DNA of 63,946 nucleotides, counting the filler, from an uncultured Methanoregulaceae archaeon (GTDB lineage Archaea; Halobacteriota; Methanomicrobia; Methanomicrobiales; Methanospirillaceae): NCBI GenBank assembly GCA_964530035.1. It is 4 parts of 4 records of this genome, joined end to end, with 100 filler letters (N's around TTAATTAATTAA, not from the genome) between each part and the next. Parts side by side here need not be neighbours in the genome. Positions count along the whole stretch, not along the records: positions 1 to 18,275 come from CAZGXZ010000033.1; 3 more parts are not named here. The stretch is one strand, 5' to 3'. The notes under the pieces were generated by a model. It was not told the origin of the DNA. It saw only the letters and a list, made by a program, of their open reading frames with translations, and did no database searches. Position numbers and translations under genes: made by a program. Position 1 is the first letter of the stretch, and each line of letters starts with the position of its first letter. Positions 1 to 8,798 of the stretch are shown in pieces.

Positions 1-1
1 A

Positions 2-412
2 CTACGGGCAGCGGAGATCGGCATTCCTGAGCGAATTACTGTTGAAAATAATCTCTCCGGTCTTTTCATCTATGCAGACCCTCTTCTAGAGCGGGTATTT
101 TATAATCTTATAGATAATGCCCTCCGGCATGGGGGCCCAACCCTTTCGCATATCCGGTTTTCATGGCACTATGTAGATAATGAGGTGTGCATCTGGTGCG
201 ATGACGACGGTCAGGGTATCCCGGATGATCTCAAGGAGAGGATATTTGATCGGGGATATGGTAGTAATACAGGTCTTGGCTTGTTCCTTGTCAGGGAGAT
301 CTTATCAATTACCGGAATTCGTATCACCGAGATCGGTACCTCTGGCAAAGGCGCACGATTTGAGATCAGAATACCTTTCGGTGGATATTCTGAAAAATCA
401 CAAAATGAATAA
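2..412 (+). CDS. Sensor histidine kinase, C-terminal HATPase domain (5'-truncated by window edge)
   Basis: Open frame from position 2 reads ADPLLERVFYNLIDNALRHG (N box), DDDGQGI (G1), GLGLFLVREIL (G2); similar to the C-terminus of the kinase at 28133-29860. Confidence 0.9.
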   Translation, partial: LRAAEIGIPERITVENNLSGLFIYADPLLERVFYNLIDNALRHGGPTLSHIRFSWHYVDNEVCIWCDDDGQGIPDDLKERIFDRGYGSNTGLGLFLVREILSITGIRITEIGTSGKGARFEIRIPFGGYSEKSQNE

Positions 413-417
413 AAGAA

Positions 418-490
418 CGCCCAGATCGGAATTCGAATCCGAGTCGTCGGCGTGACAGGCCGACATGATAGGCCACTACACTACCTGGGC
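418..490 (-). tRNA. tRNA-Asp(GTC)
   Basis: Reverse complement folds as a cloverleaf: GCCCAGG/TCTGGGC acceptor stem, anticodon loop CT-GTC-AC, T-loop TTCGAAT. Confidence 0.95.
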
Positions 491-503
491 ACATGGTGAA
501 AGA

Positions 504-609
504 TCCCGCCTCCCGGATTCGAACCGGGGACATCGCGGTAGCCGCGCAGTTACCTGAAACGGTAATCCATACTACAGCCGCGCACTCTACCAGTCTGAGT
601 TAAGGCGGG
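504..609 (-). tRNA. tRNA-Tyr(GTA) with 32-nt intron at canonical 37/38 position (intron 540-571)
   Basis: CCCGCCT/AGGCGGG acceptor stem, CGCGG-CTGTAG|intron|A-CCGCG anticodon arm with bulge-helix-bulge-like junctions, GTTCGAATC T-loop. Confidence 0.93.
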
Positions 610-685
610 TTCTTGCCCTATGATATTAGAGAAGTCTCTTCATAAATATATCGATATCACGGCTCGATTCACCTGCACGGAGTGG

Positions 686-693
686 TTTAAATA
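686..693 (+). promoter_or_regulatory. TATA box for the leuA transcript (predicted start ~716-717, leaderless)
   Basis: TTTAAATA about 24 nt upstream of ATG 717. Confidence 0.6.
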
Positions 694-716
694 ATCAAAG
701 CGCCCACGATCCTATC

Positions 717-764
717 ATGTCACGCATGACGAGCCAGTCAGCGGGGAGCTGTCTTCTTCACTGA
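717..764 (+). other. Leader ORF MSRMTSQSAGSCLLH* overlapping leuA out of frame; candidate +1 frameshift cassette (GGGGAG-CTGT-CTT-CTT-CAC-TGA)
   Basis: ATG 717 and ATG 726 share a frame that ends at TGA 762-764 after tandem CTT Leu codons (753-758); the leuA frame is +1 relative to it. Confidence 0.65.
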
Positions 765-2274
765 CAGCTTTGCGAAGGAAAAGATCACTGTTTTCGACAC
801 GACCCTGCGAGATGGAGAACAAACGCCGGGTGTATCATTCCAGTTGGAACAAAAAATCGAGATTGCCAGACAGCTCTCTCTAATCGGCGTGAGTACGATC
901 GAGGCAGGGTTCCCCGCATCCTCATCTGCAGAGCGCGACACCGTACGAGCCATCGCTGGACTGTCCCTTGACTCGGCAGTCTGCGGCCTCGCCCGATCAG
1001 TCAGGTCGGATATCGATACGTGCCTCGACTGCGACGTCGACATGGTCCATGTCTTTATCCCTACATCGGATGTCCAGAGAGTCCATACCATCCAGAAAAG
1101 CCGTGAGGAGGTCCTCGATATTACCAGTTCTGTTGTTGGGCATGTCAGGGACCATCTTGGTTCCTGTATGTTCTCGGCAATGGACGCAACAAGGACCGAT
1201 GGTGATTACCTCATCGAGGTCTTCAGAGCTGCCGCTGAAGCCGGGGCGACTATTATCAACGTCCCGGATACGGTCGGGGTCATGGCACCGAGTGGAGTAA
1301 AAGCGCTGATCAGGAGGATTGCCAGGGAGGTCGATTGCCCCATTGACATCCATTGCCATAACGATTTCGGGCTCGCCGTTGCCAATACCGTAACCGCGGT
1401 CGAGGCTGGCGCCTCGCAGGTTCAGGTGACCGTGAACGGGATCGGAGAACGGGCAGGCAATGCCGACCTTGCGCAGACGGTCATGATCCTGGAGTCGATC
1501 TACGGGATAGGGACGGGCATAGTAAAAGAAAAACTTGTAGAAACGTCCCGTCTTATATCGCGATACTCAGGGATCGGTATCTCGCCCTGCCAGCCAATCG
1601 CCGGAGAAAATGCCTTCGCCCATGAAAGTGGCATCCATTCTCATGGAGTCCTGGCCTGTGCCGAGACATTCGAGCCCGGGATCATGACCCCTGAGATGGT
1701 CGGCCACAGGCGGAGGCTCACCCTGGGTAAACATGTCGGAAGGCACGCGGTTCGCCAGATGCTGACTGATGTCCATTTAAAACCGGATGATGCCCAGTTG
1801 GACACGATAGTTGAGCGGATAAAGCATATCGCAAGCAAGGGCAAACGGATGACAGACGGCGACCTGTACGAAATCGCCGAAAGCGTTCTTGGAATTGACA
1901 CGGGAAAAGCGGTTATCAGCCTGGGCAACATCGCCATCATGACCGGATCCGATGTAATTCCTACGGCGAGCGTAAAGGCCCTCGTCAACGGGGTCGAGCA
2001 TGTGTATTCGAGCACCGGGACAGGCCCGGTTGACGCGGCCATCAAAGCGATCATGGGGATCATGCCGATGGACATCCAGCTGAAGGAGTTCAACATCGAG
2101 GCGATATCCGGCGGATCGGATGCAATTGGTCATGTAACGATTGCAGTCGAAGATGGAAAGGGCAGGGTGTTCGGGGCGAGCGCATCAGGAGACGATGTGG
2201 TCCTTGCCTCTGCCGAGGCGGTTATTAACGCAATAAATCTTTTCTACAGGGTGTATGAAGAGAAAAAGGAATAG
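717..2274 (+). CDS. leuA: 2-isopropylmalate synthase (needs a +1 shift near 753-759, or has a 1-nt error; the track start at TTG 844 is too far downstream)
   Basis: DTTLRDGEQTPG (from 796) is in frame upstream of 844; EAGFP, CGLAR, INVPDTVG, HCHNDFG, GIGERAGN, HESGIH and the C-terminal allosteric domain (IMTGSDVIPTASV, GPVDAA) fit the MJ1195/LeuA type better than CimA. Confidence 0.85.
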
Positions 2275-2278
2275 GTGT

Positions 2279-2638
2279 TCAGGCAGCAGGCTGTGATTTC
2301 CCTTCAATAGCCTGCTTCACCTGTGCCTGGAGCTGTTCGAACTTTTCCTGGAGCATCTTCTCCTGCTTTTCAAGAGATTTTATCCTGATCTCCAGTGTTT
2401 CTACTTTCTCATTCAAGACTCCGGTGACGGTTTCCCGGTCTTTCTCCACCATGACCGTGCCAACGGTCATGTAGAGGGCGCGTCCTTCGGGCAGGTCCTT
2501 TATCTCTTCAAGAGCCCGGTTAGCTTCCCGTACTGCCATTTCATACTGGGTCTTCTGCGAGAGAATATTCTGCATCTGCTGCTGCATCTGCTGGAGCATC
2601 GCAATCTGGTTCTGGACCTTGGGAGGGATCTGGTTCAT
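2279..2638 (-). CDS. pfdB: Prefoldin subunit beta
   Basis: Coiled-coil Q/E-rich protein with YMTVGTVMVE hairpin; conserved position at the end of the proteasome superoperon. Confidence 0.92.
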   Translation of the reverse strand: MNQIPPKVQNQIAMLQQMQQQMQNILSQKTQYEMAVREANRALEEIKDLPEGRALYMTVGTVMVEKDRETVTGVLNEKVETLEIRIKSLEKQEKMLQEKFEQLQAQVKQAIEGKSQPAA

Positions 2639-2660
2639 TGATGGTACTTCCTATGCGGGA

Positions 2661-2942
2661 TCAGGTATGATGGCTGACTATATCATGCATCTCTTCTGAA
2701 ACCCCTGCAAGTCGCAGCCACAGGTTCAGGGATGCCCGAAGGGCAGGGATATCAGTGGCGCTGATTTCGATGACGACACGGTCAACACCCTGGATTGTAC
2801 AGCAGATATGTGAGCGGCACTGGTCGTCATTCTCTATCTCAGGCAGCAGGGCCTGTACTATTACAGGGGCTGCTGATGTCATGATCTCGAATTCTGCCCG
2901 ATGATTCAGGGATTTTTCATTCCCATGCATCTGAACCCGCAT
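2661..2942 (-). CDS. pcc1: KEOPS complex subunit Pcc1 (start uncertain)
   Basis: ISATDIPALRASLNLWLRL motif; synteny between rpo12 and pfdB. Confidence 0.85.
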   Translation of the reverse strand: MRVQMHGNEKSLNHRAEFEIMTSAAPVIVQALLPEIENDDQCRSHICCTIQGVDRVVIEISATDIPALRASLNLWLRLAGVSEEMHDIVSHHT

Positions 2943-3023
2943 TCATATACCCATGATTTGCCTTTTCCGGCAGGGTTTCATGGAGAAAAAAGAAACTTTG
3001 CAAGAAGGAGACAGGGGGATACC

Positions 3024-3158
3024 CTATCGTGCCCTGAGGTCCTTGGTCGCAGCACCGCGCTCCTTGAAAAGAATGCGGTGACCGCAGTACGGGCAACGGA
3101 CATTGATATCTATCTCGACCTTCTGTTTGCACCTGGCGCACTTGTACGAACCCGCCAT
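3024..3158 (-). CDS. rpo12: RNA polymerase subunit P/Rpo12 (44 aa, absent from ORF track)
   Basis: Manual translation [44 protein letters not shown]; zinc ribbon, synteny after rpl37ae. Confidence 0.95.
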   Translation of the reverse strand: MAGSYKCARCKQKVEIDINVRCPYCGHRILFKERGAATKDLRAR

Positions 3159-3163
3159 CCTTT

Positions 3164-3457
3164 TTACAGAGCCCCTTTCTCCTCGCTCCGTTCAATTGTA
3201 CGGATCGCAACCCTCAGGTTGGGAGTCTCAGGGACATATGCTCCGCCTGCAAATTTATAACCACATTTTCTGCAGGCCCAGATGCCAGTCCCTTCACGCC
3301 TGACGGCCTTCACATCACACTTGGGGCAGATATGGGCAGCCCTGGACACACTTTCAATTTCCTTGACTCTTTTTCTGATGAAACGCCCATACCTGGCACC
3401 GAAACGTCCGGCGCTCCCAACGACCTTGCCCTTTGCCCTGGACTTTGATTTGTTCAT
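3164..3457 (-). CDS. rpl37ae: 50S ribosomal protein L37Ae (eL43)
   Basis: [26 protein letters not shown] motifs. Confidence 0.97.
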   Translation of the reverse strand: MNKSKSRAKGKVVGSAGRFGARYGRFIRKRVKEIESVSRAAHICPKCDVKAVRREGTGIWACRKCGYKFAGGAYVPETPNLRVAIRTIERSEEKGAL

Positions 3458-3497
3458 ATTGTATCCTCTGAAAGCCCTTTATAATAGTCCTTTGATC

Positions 3498-4202
3498 CTA
3501 ATATACTTGATTGAGAATCTTCACTTCGCCGGTACCACGGGTAACGCGGTTGACCTGATCTATGAACTCGCCCTGCATCCCTGCTGGAATTTTAACGATA
3601 CATATCCATGAGCCGTCATTCTGCCATTCATCCTTCTCCATCATACCCCCAAGCTGCAGCTCCCCATATGCACGGGCAGCATGATCAGGGGAGATTTTTA
3701 CAGCGATTCTCACTTCCTCGAAACGGATGGGAATGAGTGGACGCAGGGCCTTCATGGTCTCCTTGACCAGCTCATCAACGTGTTTAAACGGGTCGATATT
3801 CACCCTCGCCTCTTCCATGGCCATTTCTATCCGTTGCGGCGGATGAGGGAGCCCGGTCTGCGGATTGACGGCATGACGGGAGATAAAGGTGATGACCTGT
3901 CGCTTTTTCGAGGCGATCATCATCTTCCGCTGCTCGGATGTCAGGTGAATCTCGCCCTTTTCGATAATCTTTCTCGCGATCGTCTCGAAATCAACGGTAT
4001 GAAAAGCTTTTATCAGGCTTTCATCAGGTGACCGGCTCGCATGGGAGGCATTATCAAAAATATGGAGAGCGGCCACGGCATCCTCGACCGGGATCTGCTC
4101 ACCCTTCCGGATTTTTGCTGCGAGATCAGGATCCACCAGGATCTCGAACCGCTCCCCATGGCTCTCGAGTCGTGCCGTGACTGCCTTGTCGAGGGGGATC
4201 AT
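3498..4202 (-). CDS. Ribosome maturation factor SBDS/Sdo1
   Basis: GERFEILVDP, NPQTGLPHPPQRIE, IPIRFE motifs. Confidence 0.95.
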   Translation of the reverse strand: MIPLDKAVTARLESHGERFEILVDPDLAAKIRKGEQIPVEDAVAALHIFDNASHASRSPDESLIKAFHTVDFETIARKIIEKGEIHLTSEQRKMMIASKKRQVITFISRHAVNPQTGLPHPPQRIEMAMEEARVNIDPFKHVDELVKETMKALRPLIPIRFEEVRIAVKISPDHAARAYGELQLGGMMEKDEWQNDGSWICIVKIPAGMQGEFIDQVNRVTRGTGEVKILNQVY

Positions 4203-4227
4203 CTTAGTTTCCTTTTACAATCAGGAC

Positions 4228-4947
4228 TTATCCAGACTGGTCAACAAACGATGCAACTTCTTCCTTGCTCATCTTCCGGAAGACCGGGTTCTCAAGTTCA
4301 ATAATACCGATCTCCACGGTATTGACATCGAACTTGCCCTCTGTAGCATCATGAAGCGCCTTTAATCCAAGTGCAATGCTCTCCCGGACTGATGCCTCCG
4401 GAGAATACTCCTCCTCAAAAACCTTCATAACGGCGGTCCGGCCGATGCCAATGCCCGTAGCCTTGTATTCAAGGAGTGTTCCACTCGGGTCCGTTTCAAA
4501 AAGGCGGCACTCACCATCACTTATGCCGGCGATGAGAAGGGCCGTACCATACGGACGGGCACCCCCGAACTGTGTGTAGGTCTGCATATGGTCACAGAGC
4601 TTCTTGGCAAGAGCTTCAACATCGATCTGTTCATCGTATGAAACCCGGTTGATCTGGCTTTCCACTCTTGCACGGTCAACGAGGGCTCTCGCATCCCCTA
4701 CCAGTCCTGATGACGCGACACCAATGTGCTCGTCTATCATGAATATCTTCTCGATGGAAGATGCTTCCAGCAGCCTGGAGGTGACACGCTTGTCCACGAT
4801 AAGGACGACACCTTCACGGCATTTGATACCGACAGCGGTCGTACCCCGTTTAACGGCTTCCCTGGCATATTCTACCTGGTACAGCCTGCCATCGGGACTG
4901 AAGACCGTTATTGCACGATCATACCCCATCTGATATTGTGGTTGCAT
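4228..4947 (-). CDS. psmA: Proteasome subunit alpha
   Basis: [21 protein letters not shown] signature. Confidence 0.98.
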   Translation of the reverse strand: MQPQYQMGYDRAITVFSPDGRLYQVEYAREAVKRGTTAVGIKCREGVVLIVDKRVTSRLLEASSIEKIFMIDEHIGVASSGLVGDARALVDRARVESQINRVSYDEQIDVEALAKKLCDHMQTYTQFGGARPYGTALLIAGISDGECRLFETDPSGTLLEYKATGIGIGRTAVMKVFEEEYSPEASVRESIALGLKALHDATEGKFDVNTVEIGIIELENPVFRKMSKEEVASFVDQSG

Positions 4948-5432
4948 TATGCTCCATCTACCTCATGGGTGGTTATAAAACGTAATTCCTTTGGTCCGGT
5001 ATCATCGTCAGGGATATCGATGCGACCCTCTGAATCAGAAAGCCCGGTCACCACAGTCCCGGATATCCGGACTTCTTTTTGGGTCAATAACGGCGGAAGA
5101 TGTACTGACACGTACTGTTTTAACGTCTTTATTGTCCCTGATGTCCTGACAGGGCGAAGTCTAGTCTTTTTTCCGTTGATCTCGATAATTGTCTGTAAAA
5201 CTACGGTCAGATCCTCCTCTCCACCCCGTATACAACGAACAATGAGAAAACCCGGTGACATCTGGATGACGACAGGCTGGATCTCAGAAGTCCTTGCATC
5301 ACCGAACCATCCCCGGGAGACATCATTGATTGCATAATATACATCCTTCGGGTCAATGGATTCCCAGGCAGGAAATACCTGGCAGAGGATGTACCGGTGG
5401 TTATCCCGGAGGGAGGGCAGCAGGATTTTCAT
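4947..5432 (-). CDS. rnp2: RNase P protein Pop5/Rpp14
   Basis: [11 protein letters not shown] and RTSGTIK motifs; synteny. Confidence 0.88.
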   Translation of the reverse strand: MKILLPSLRDNHRYILCQVFPAWESIDPKDVYYAINDVSRGWFGDARTSEIQPVVIQMSPGFLIVRCIRGGEEDLTVVLQTIIEINGKKTRLRPVRTSGTIKTLKQYVSVHLPPLLTQKEVRISGTVVTGLSDSEGRIDIPDDDTGPKELRFITTHEVDGA

Positions 5433-6076
5433 GAAATTACCCTCACAGGGCTTTCATGAGTCAGGACCCGTTCTGGTGAATTCAGGGCGGCGATTGTCTC
5501 CTGATGGCTCATCCCAAAAAGGCTGCAGATAGCAGCCATATCTTCAGGTGAGCGCATTTCAAGCCAAGACCAGGCATTTGACGAAACAGTGAGCAGGAAG
5601 CCGTATTTTCGATGGAGTGCCAGGATATCACGGTATGTCTTGAGGACTTTCTGACGGTGGTGCCCGGAGGTTACCAGGAGGGGCCTGATGTCAATATCGA
5701 TAGCTACCCCCCTTTCGCAGGCTATCCGTGCAGATACGTGGTCAAATGACGGTTTTTGAGACTTGTGGAGATGGCGGAGCACGTCCAGCCCTGGAAAACC
5801 CAGGACACCGCGATTGAATGCCACGTCCCGTGCATTAACCATAATAACAGGCCGGATATCTGACTCGCATGCCTTCCGGATTACCCTGGTAGCTCCTTTC
5901 AGGGTTTGTTCCCGGATTATGACTGCGGGGGTGATTTCCACTCCTGCGAACCTGCCGGCCTCTCCTGCGGTTGAGAGGAGTCTGTCGAATCCCATGGATG
6001 ACGCTTCAAGGGCAAACCTGGAAAGGCTGGTATCCCCACCCGGATACGGGTGGACCGTTGCGTCTGTCGCGGTCAT
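5429..6076 (-). CDS. rnp3: RNase P protein Rpp30
   Basis: FDHVSARIA, VSSNA..EMRSP motifs; synteny. Confidence 0.88.
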   Translation of the reverse strand: MTATDATVHPYPGGDTSLSRFALEASSMGFDRLLSTAGEAGRFAGVEITPAVIIREQTLKGATRVIRKACESDIRPVIMVNARDVAFNRGVLGFPGLDVLRHLHKSQKPSFDHVSARIACERGVAIDIDIRPLLVTSGHHRQKVLKTYRDILALHRKYGFLLTVSSNAWSWLEMRSPEDMAAICSLFGMSHQETIAALNSPERVLTHESPVRVIS

Positions 6077-6090
6077 CCGCGAAAAAAAGG

Positions 6091-6681
6091 TTATTTCCCC
6101 CGGTTTGCATTGGACCGGATGCTCGGGCGTGTCTTCTCGGTACCACGGCCGCGGTATCTCATGCCACGCCCCTTAATACCGGCGCTGGTCTTGCCACGCT
6201 CGGCCCGGCCACGGTGGACTGAACTGCATATCCATGAGAGAGTCCGGTCTGATGAAATGCCCGGGTGATGTGGGTCCACAAGGATTATTTCATACCACTT
6301 CGAACGGCCGTCCTGGCCTACCCAGTAGGAGTTCAGGACTTCCATGTTAGGGTAGCGCCGGGATGCCCGTTCTTCGGCAATCCTCTGGATGCTTTTACCG
6401 GGTGTGAGCCGGCTCATACCCATGTTTGCAGACCTGCGGGCTCGGACGTAGCGTGATGCGCGCCTGCCACCCCTGCGTACTGCCGCCCGGACAACAATAA
6501 TTCCCTGCTTTGCCTTGTAGCCAAGCTCGCGGGCCCGGTCAATCCGGGTGGGGTGTTCCACACGGACTACGCTGCCCTCACGCCGCCAGACCTGCATGCG
6601 TTCCCACTGGAGCGCCTTTACCCCGGTTTCGTCAGGTTTTTTCCAAGCCTCCCTGACATAGGCATACATTGATCGTGCCAT
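6091..6681 (-). CDS. rpl15e: 50S ribosomal protein L15e (likely start MARSMY at 6681)
   Basis: [32 protein letters not shown] motifs. Confidence 0.97.
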   Translation of the reverse strand: MARSMYAYVREAWKKPDETGVKALQWERMQVWRREGSVVRVEHPTRIDRARELGYKAKQGIIVVRAAVRRGGRRASRYVRARRSANMGMSRLTPGKSIQRIAEERASRRYPNMEVLNSYWVGQDGRSKWYEIILVDPHHPGISSDRTLSWICSSVHRGRAERGKTSAGIKGRGMRYRGRGTEKTRPSIRSNANRGK

Positions 6682-6689
6682 TGTTTGTA

Positions 6690-6748
6690 TCACCACGAAG
6701 GTTCAGCCGGTAACGGCCACATTCCTGACAGGACGGATCCTGTGTGGC
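6690..6748 (-). ncRNA. Structured 5' leader of rpl15e (resembles the eL15-Euryarchaeota ribosomal leader)
   Basis: GCCACA/TGTGGC stem enclosing a CAGGA/TCCTG hairpin, then GGCTGAACC next to the GGTGA SD; TTTAAG TATA-like box upstream. Confidence 0.6.
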
Positions 6749-6777
6749 GTATAGATTCTCTTTTCATGTGCTTAAAC

Positions 6778-7261
6778 TCACCTGTCCGGCTGGTCCCCCT
6801 TGACTTTCCTGACAACATGGATCCCTTCAATCCGGGTTACTGGGTACTGGCCTGACCGGTCCTTCTCGGCTGATTTCACCATATCCCATATCGTGAGGAG
6901 TGCAACAGACACTCCTGTCAGAGCTTCCATCTCGACCCCGGTCTTGCCTTTGCTNNNNNNNNNNGGTCACCATTGCATCTATATAGTGGTCTTCCAGGTC
7001 GAAGTCAACCAGGATACCATGGACCGGGATTCCATGGCACATCGGAATAATTCCGGGGGTGTTCTTGACCGCAAGGGTCGCTGCAACCCGTGCGGTCGCG
7101 AGGACGTTTCCTTTCACAGCCGTGCCCTCGCGTATCGAGCGCATTGTCTCCTCTTTGAGGATGATGCGGCCGGCGGCCATTGCCTCGCGCCTGACCTCCG
7201 CCTTGTCACCTACATCGACCATCCGTACTGCATCGCCGGTTACATGGGTAAATTCAGTCAC
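6778..7261 (-). CDS. moaC: Cyclic pyranopterin monophosphate synthase (spans a 10-N gap)
   Basis: FTHV, MVDVGDK, KGNVL, IPMCH before the gap; [26 protein letters not shown] after it; GTG start overlaps the nnr stop. Confidence 0.93.
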
Positions 7262-8678
7262 GATCGCACCGTCCATATAAGATGCCCGGAAGTATATTGA
7301 GGAGATCGCTTGCCAGGATTCCCTCGCGACCATTCATTGCAGCCACCTCTCCTGCCCTGCCGTTGACGTAGGCTGCGATATAAGCAGATTCGAACCCGGG
7401 GAGCCTGCAGAAAAGAGCCCCTGCCACACCCGCAAGGACATCCCCTGTGCCCCCAACAGTCATCGCCGGGCAGCCCGAGCTGTTGAACTTCACCCTCGTC
7501 CCGTCAGAAATGACATCAATAGCACCCTTGAGCAGAATAACTCCGTTGTTCACATCCTGTGAAGCCTTCCTGGCGGCGAGGGCACGTTCAATTGGATCTC
7601 GTGGGGCAGAAGACCCGGTCATCCGGGCAAACTCTCCGCCATGGGGCGTATATATTGCCGATTCTGAAACAGGGAGAGGATTGTCAAGTGCATCGGCATC
7701 GAAAACGGCTTTTCTGCACTCAGGTGCGATATCCCTGATGACCGAACGTGCCCCCGGACCAGCCCCGTTCCCAAAAACCACCACATCAGAATTCCGGATA
7801 AGGGATACGAGGAGGTCTTTATGCTCATCTCCTATGGTATCTCCCGGGAGGGGATCATGGATGACATCTAGCCATTGTTGTCTGACGGGTGACGCAACCC
7901 GTACGAGGTCGGCGCCTGCCCTGAGGGCGGCGAGGGCTGACAGGTACGGGGCTCCCTGGTATGGTCCTCCCCCGATAACAAGGACTTTTCCACCGGCCCC
8001 CTTGCGGGCATCAGCCGCCCGCCTCGGGACAAGCAGGAGATCCCCCTCACCCGCAACAATATCGGCTGCAAGAGGGATGCCTATGTCGGCGACAACAGAT
8101 CCTTCCATTTTCGGGCGGTGAAACGCAAGGATGCGGGAGGGATGGATACCAGGTGTTGGTACATCGGCAGAGAGTACTGGCACACCCGATCCATTTGCCT
8201 CCCGGACCATCGCGGCAAGAGGTTCATTTACAGGACCTTGTACCCCTGTACCGAGTATGGCATCTATTATGAGATCTGCGCTGGTGAAACGGTCATGAAG
8301 AAAGGTGACTTCATCCGGGGTCTTCACAGGGATAAGGGTGACATCGCATCCCTTCAGGAGCCCGAGATTGCCGAGTGCCAGCTCTGAAGACCCCGGTCCT
8401 TCATGATAACATACGGTAACATCAGCAGATGATGAAAGATATCGCGCTGCAACAAATCCGTCCCCCCCGTTGTTTCCCCGCCCACACAGGACGAGAGTCC
8501 GTGATGAGCCCATTGATACAGCTTCACGGGCGAGGGCATGGCCCGCGGACTCCATGAGCCTGTCCGCAGGCAAGCCTAGTTTCGCGGCGTTTCTTTCAAT
8601 CACGCGCATTTTCTCAGCGGTGACAAGGCCGCTTTCCTTAAAAATATGTGCTCCATGGATCCAATAGCGCGATTCCAT
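7254..8678 (-). CDS. nnr: Bifunctional NAD(P)H-hydrate epimerase/dehydratase
   Basis: LMESAG, CGRGNNGGDG, DAILGTG (YjeF_N); TPHGGEF, GGTGDVLAG (carbohydrate kinase-like). Confidence 0.93.
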   Translation of the reverse strand: MESRYWIHGAHIFKESGLVTAEKMRVIERNAAKLGLPADRLMESAGHALAREAVSMGSSRTLVLCGRGNNGGDGFVAARYLSSSADVTVCYHEGPGSSELALGNLGLLKGCDVTLIPVKTPDEVTFLHDRFTSADLIIDAILGTGVQGPVNEPLAAMVREANGSGVPVLSADVPTPGIHPSRILAFHRPKMEGSVVADIGIPLAADIVAGEGDLLLVPRRAADARKGAGGKVLVIGGGPYQGAPYLSALAALRAGADLVRVASPVRQQWLDVIHDPLPGDTIGDEHKDLLVSLIRNSDVVVFGNGAGPGARSVIRDIAPECRKAVFDADALDNPLPVSESAIYTPHGGEFARMTGSSAPRDPIERALAARKASQDVNNGVILLKGAIDVISDGTRVKFNSSGCPAMTVGGTGDVLAGVAGALFCRLPGFESAYIAAYVNGRAGEVAAMNGREGILASDLLNILPGILYGRCDRD

Positions 8679-8798
8679 GCAGATCTCCTTCCCTGTAATG
8701 GGTACTGGTATGTAACTCCATATTGCCTTTTGCCGGAAGAGCGTCGGGCAGCCTTACAATCCACGAGTTATTTCCCTCTGTATGACCAACCGACAGGC

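Noticed and set aside
727..729. In-frame TGA upstream of leuA as selenocysteine or readthrough
   Set aside because: No in-frame start lies between the TATA box and this codon, and it is outside any conserved catalytic position.
2560..2640. CAG/ATG-rich tract in pfdB as a repeat expansion
   Set aside because: Normal Q-rich coiled-coil N-terminus of prefoldin beta.
6955..6964. Apparent frameshift in moaC
   Set aside because: The frame change falls exactly in a 10-N gap of estimated length, and both halves are intact MoaC.
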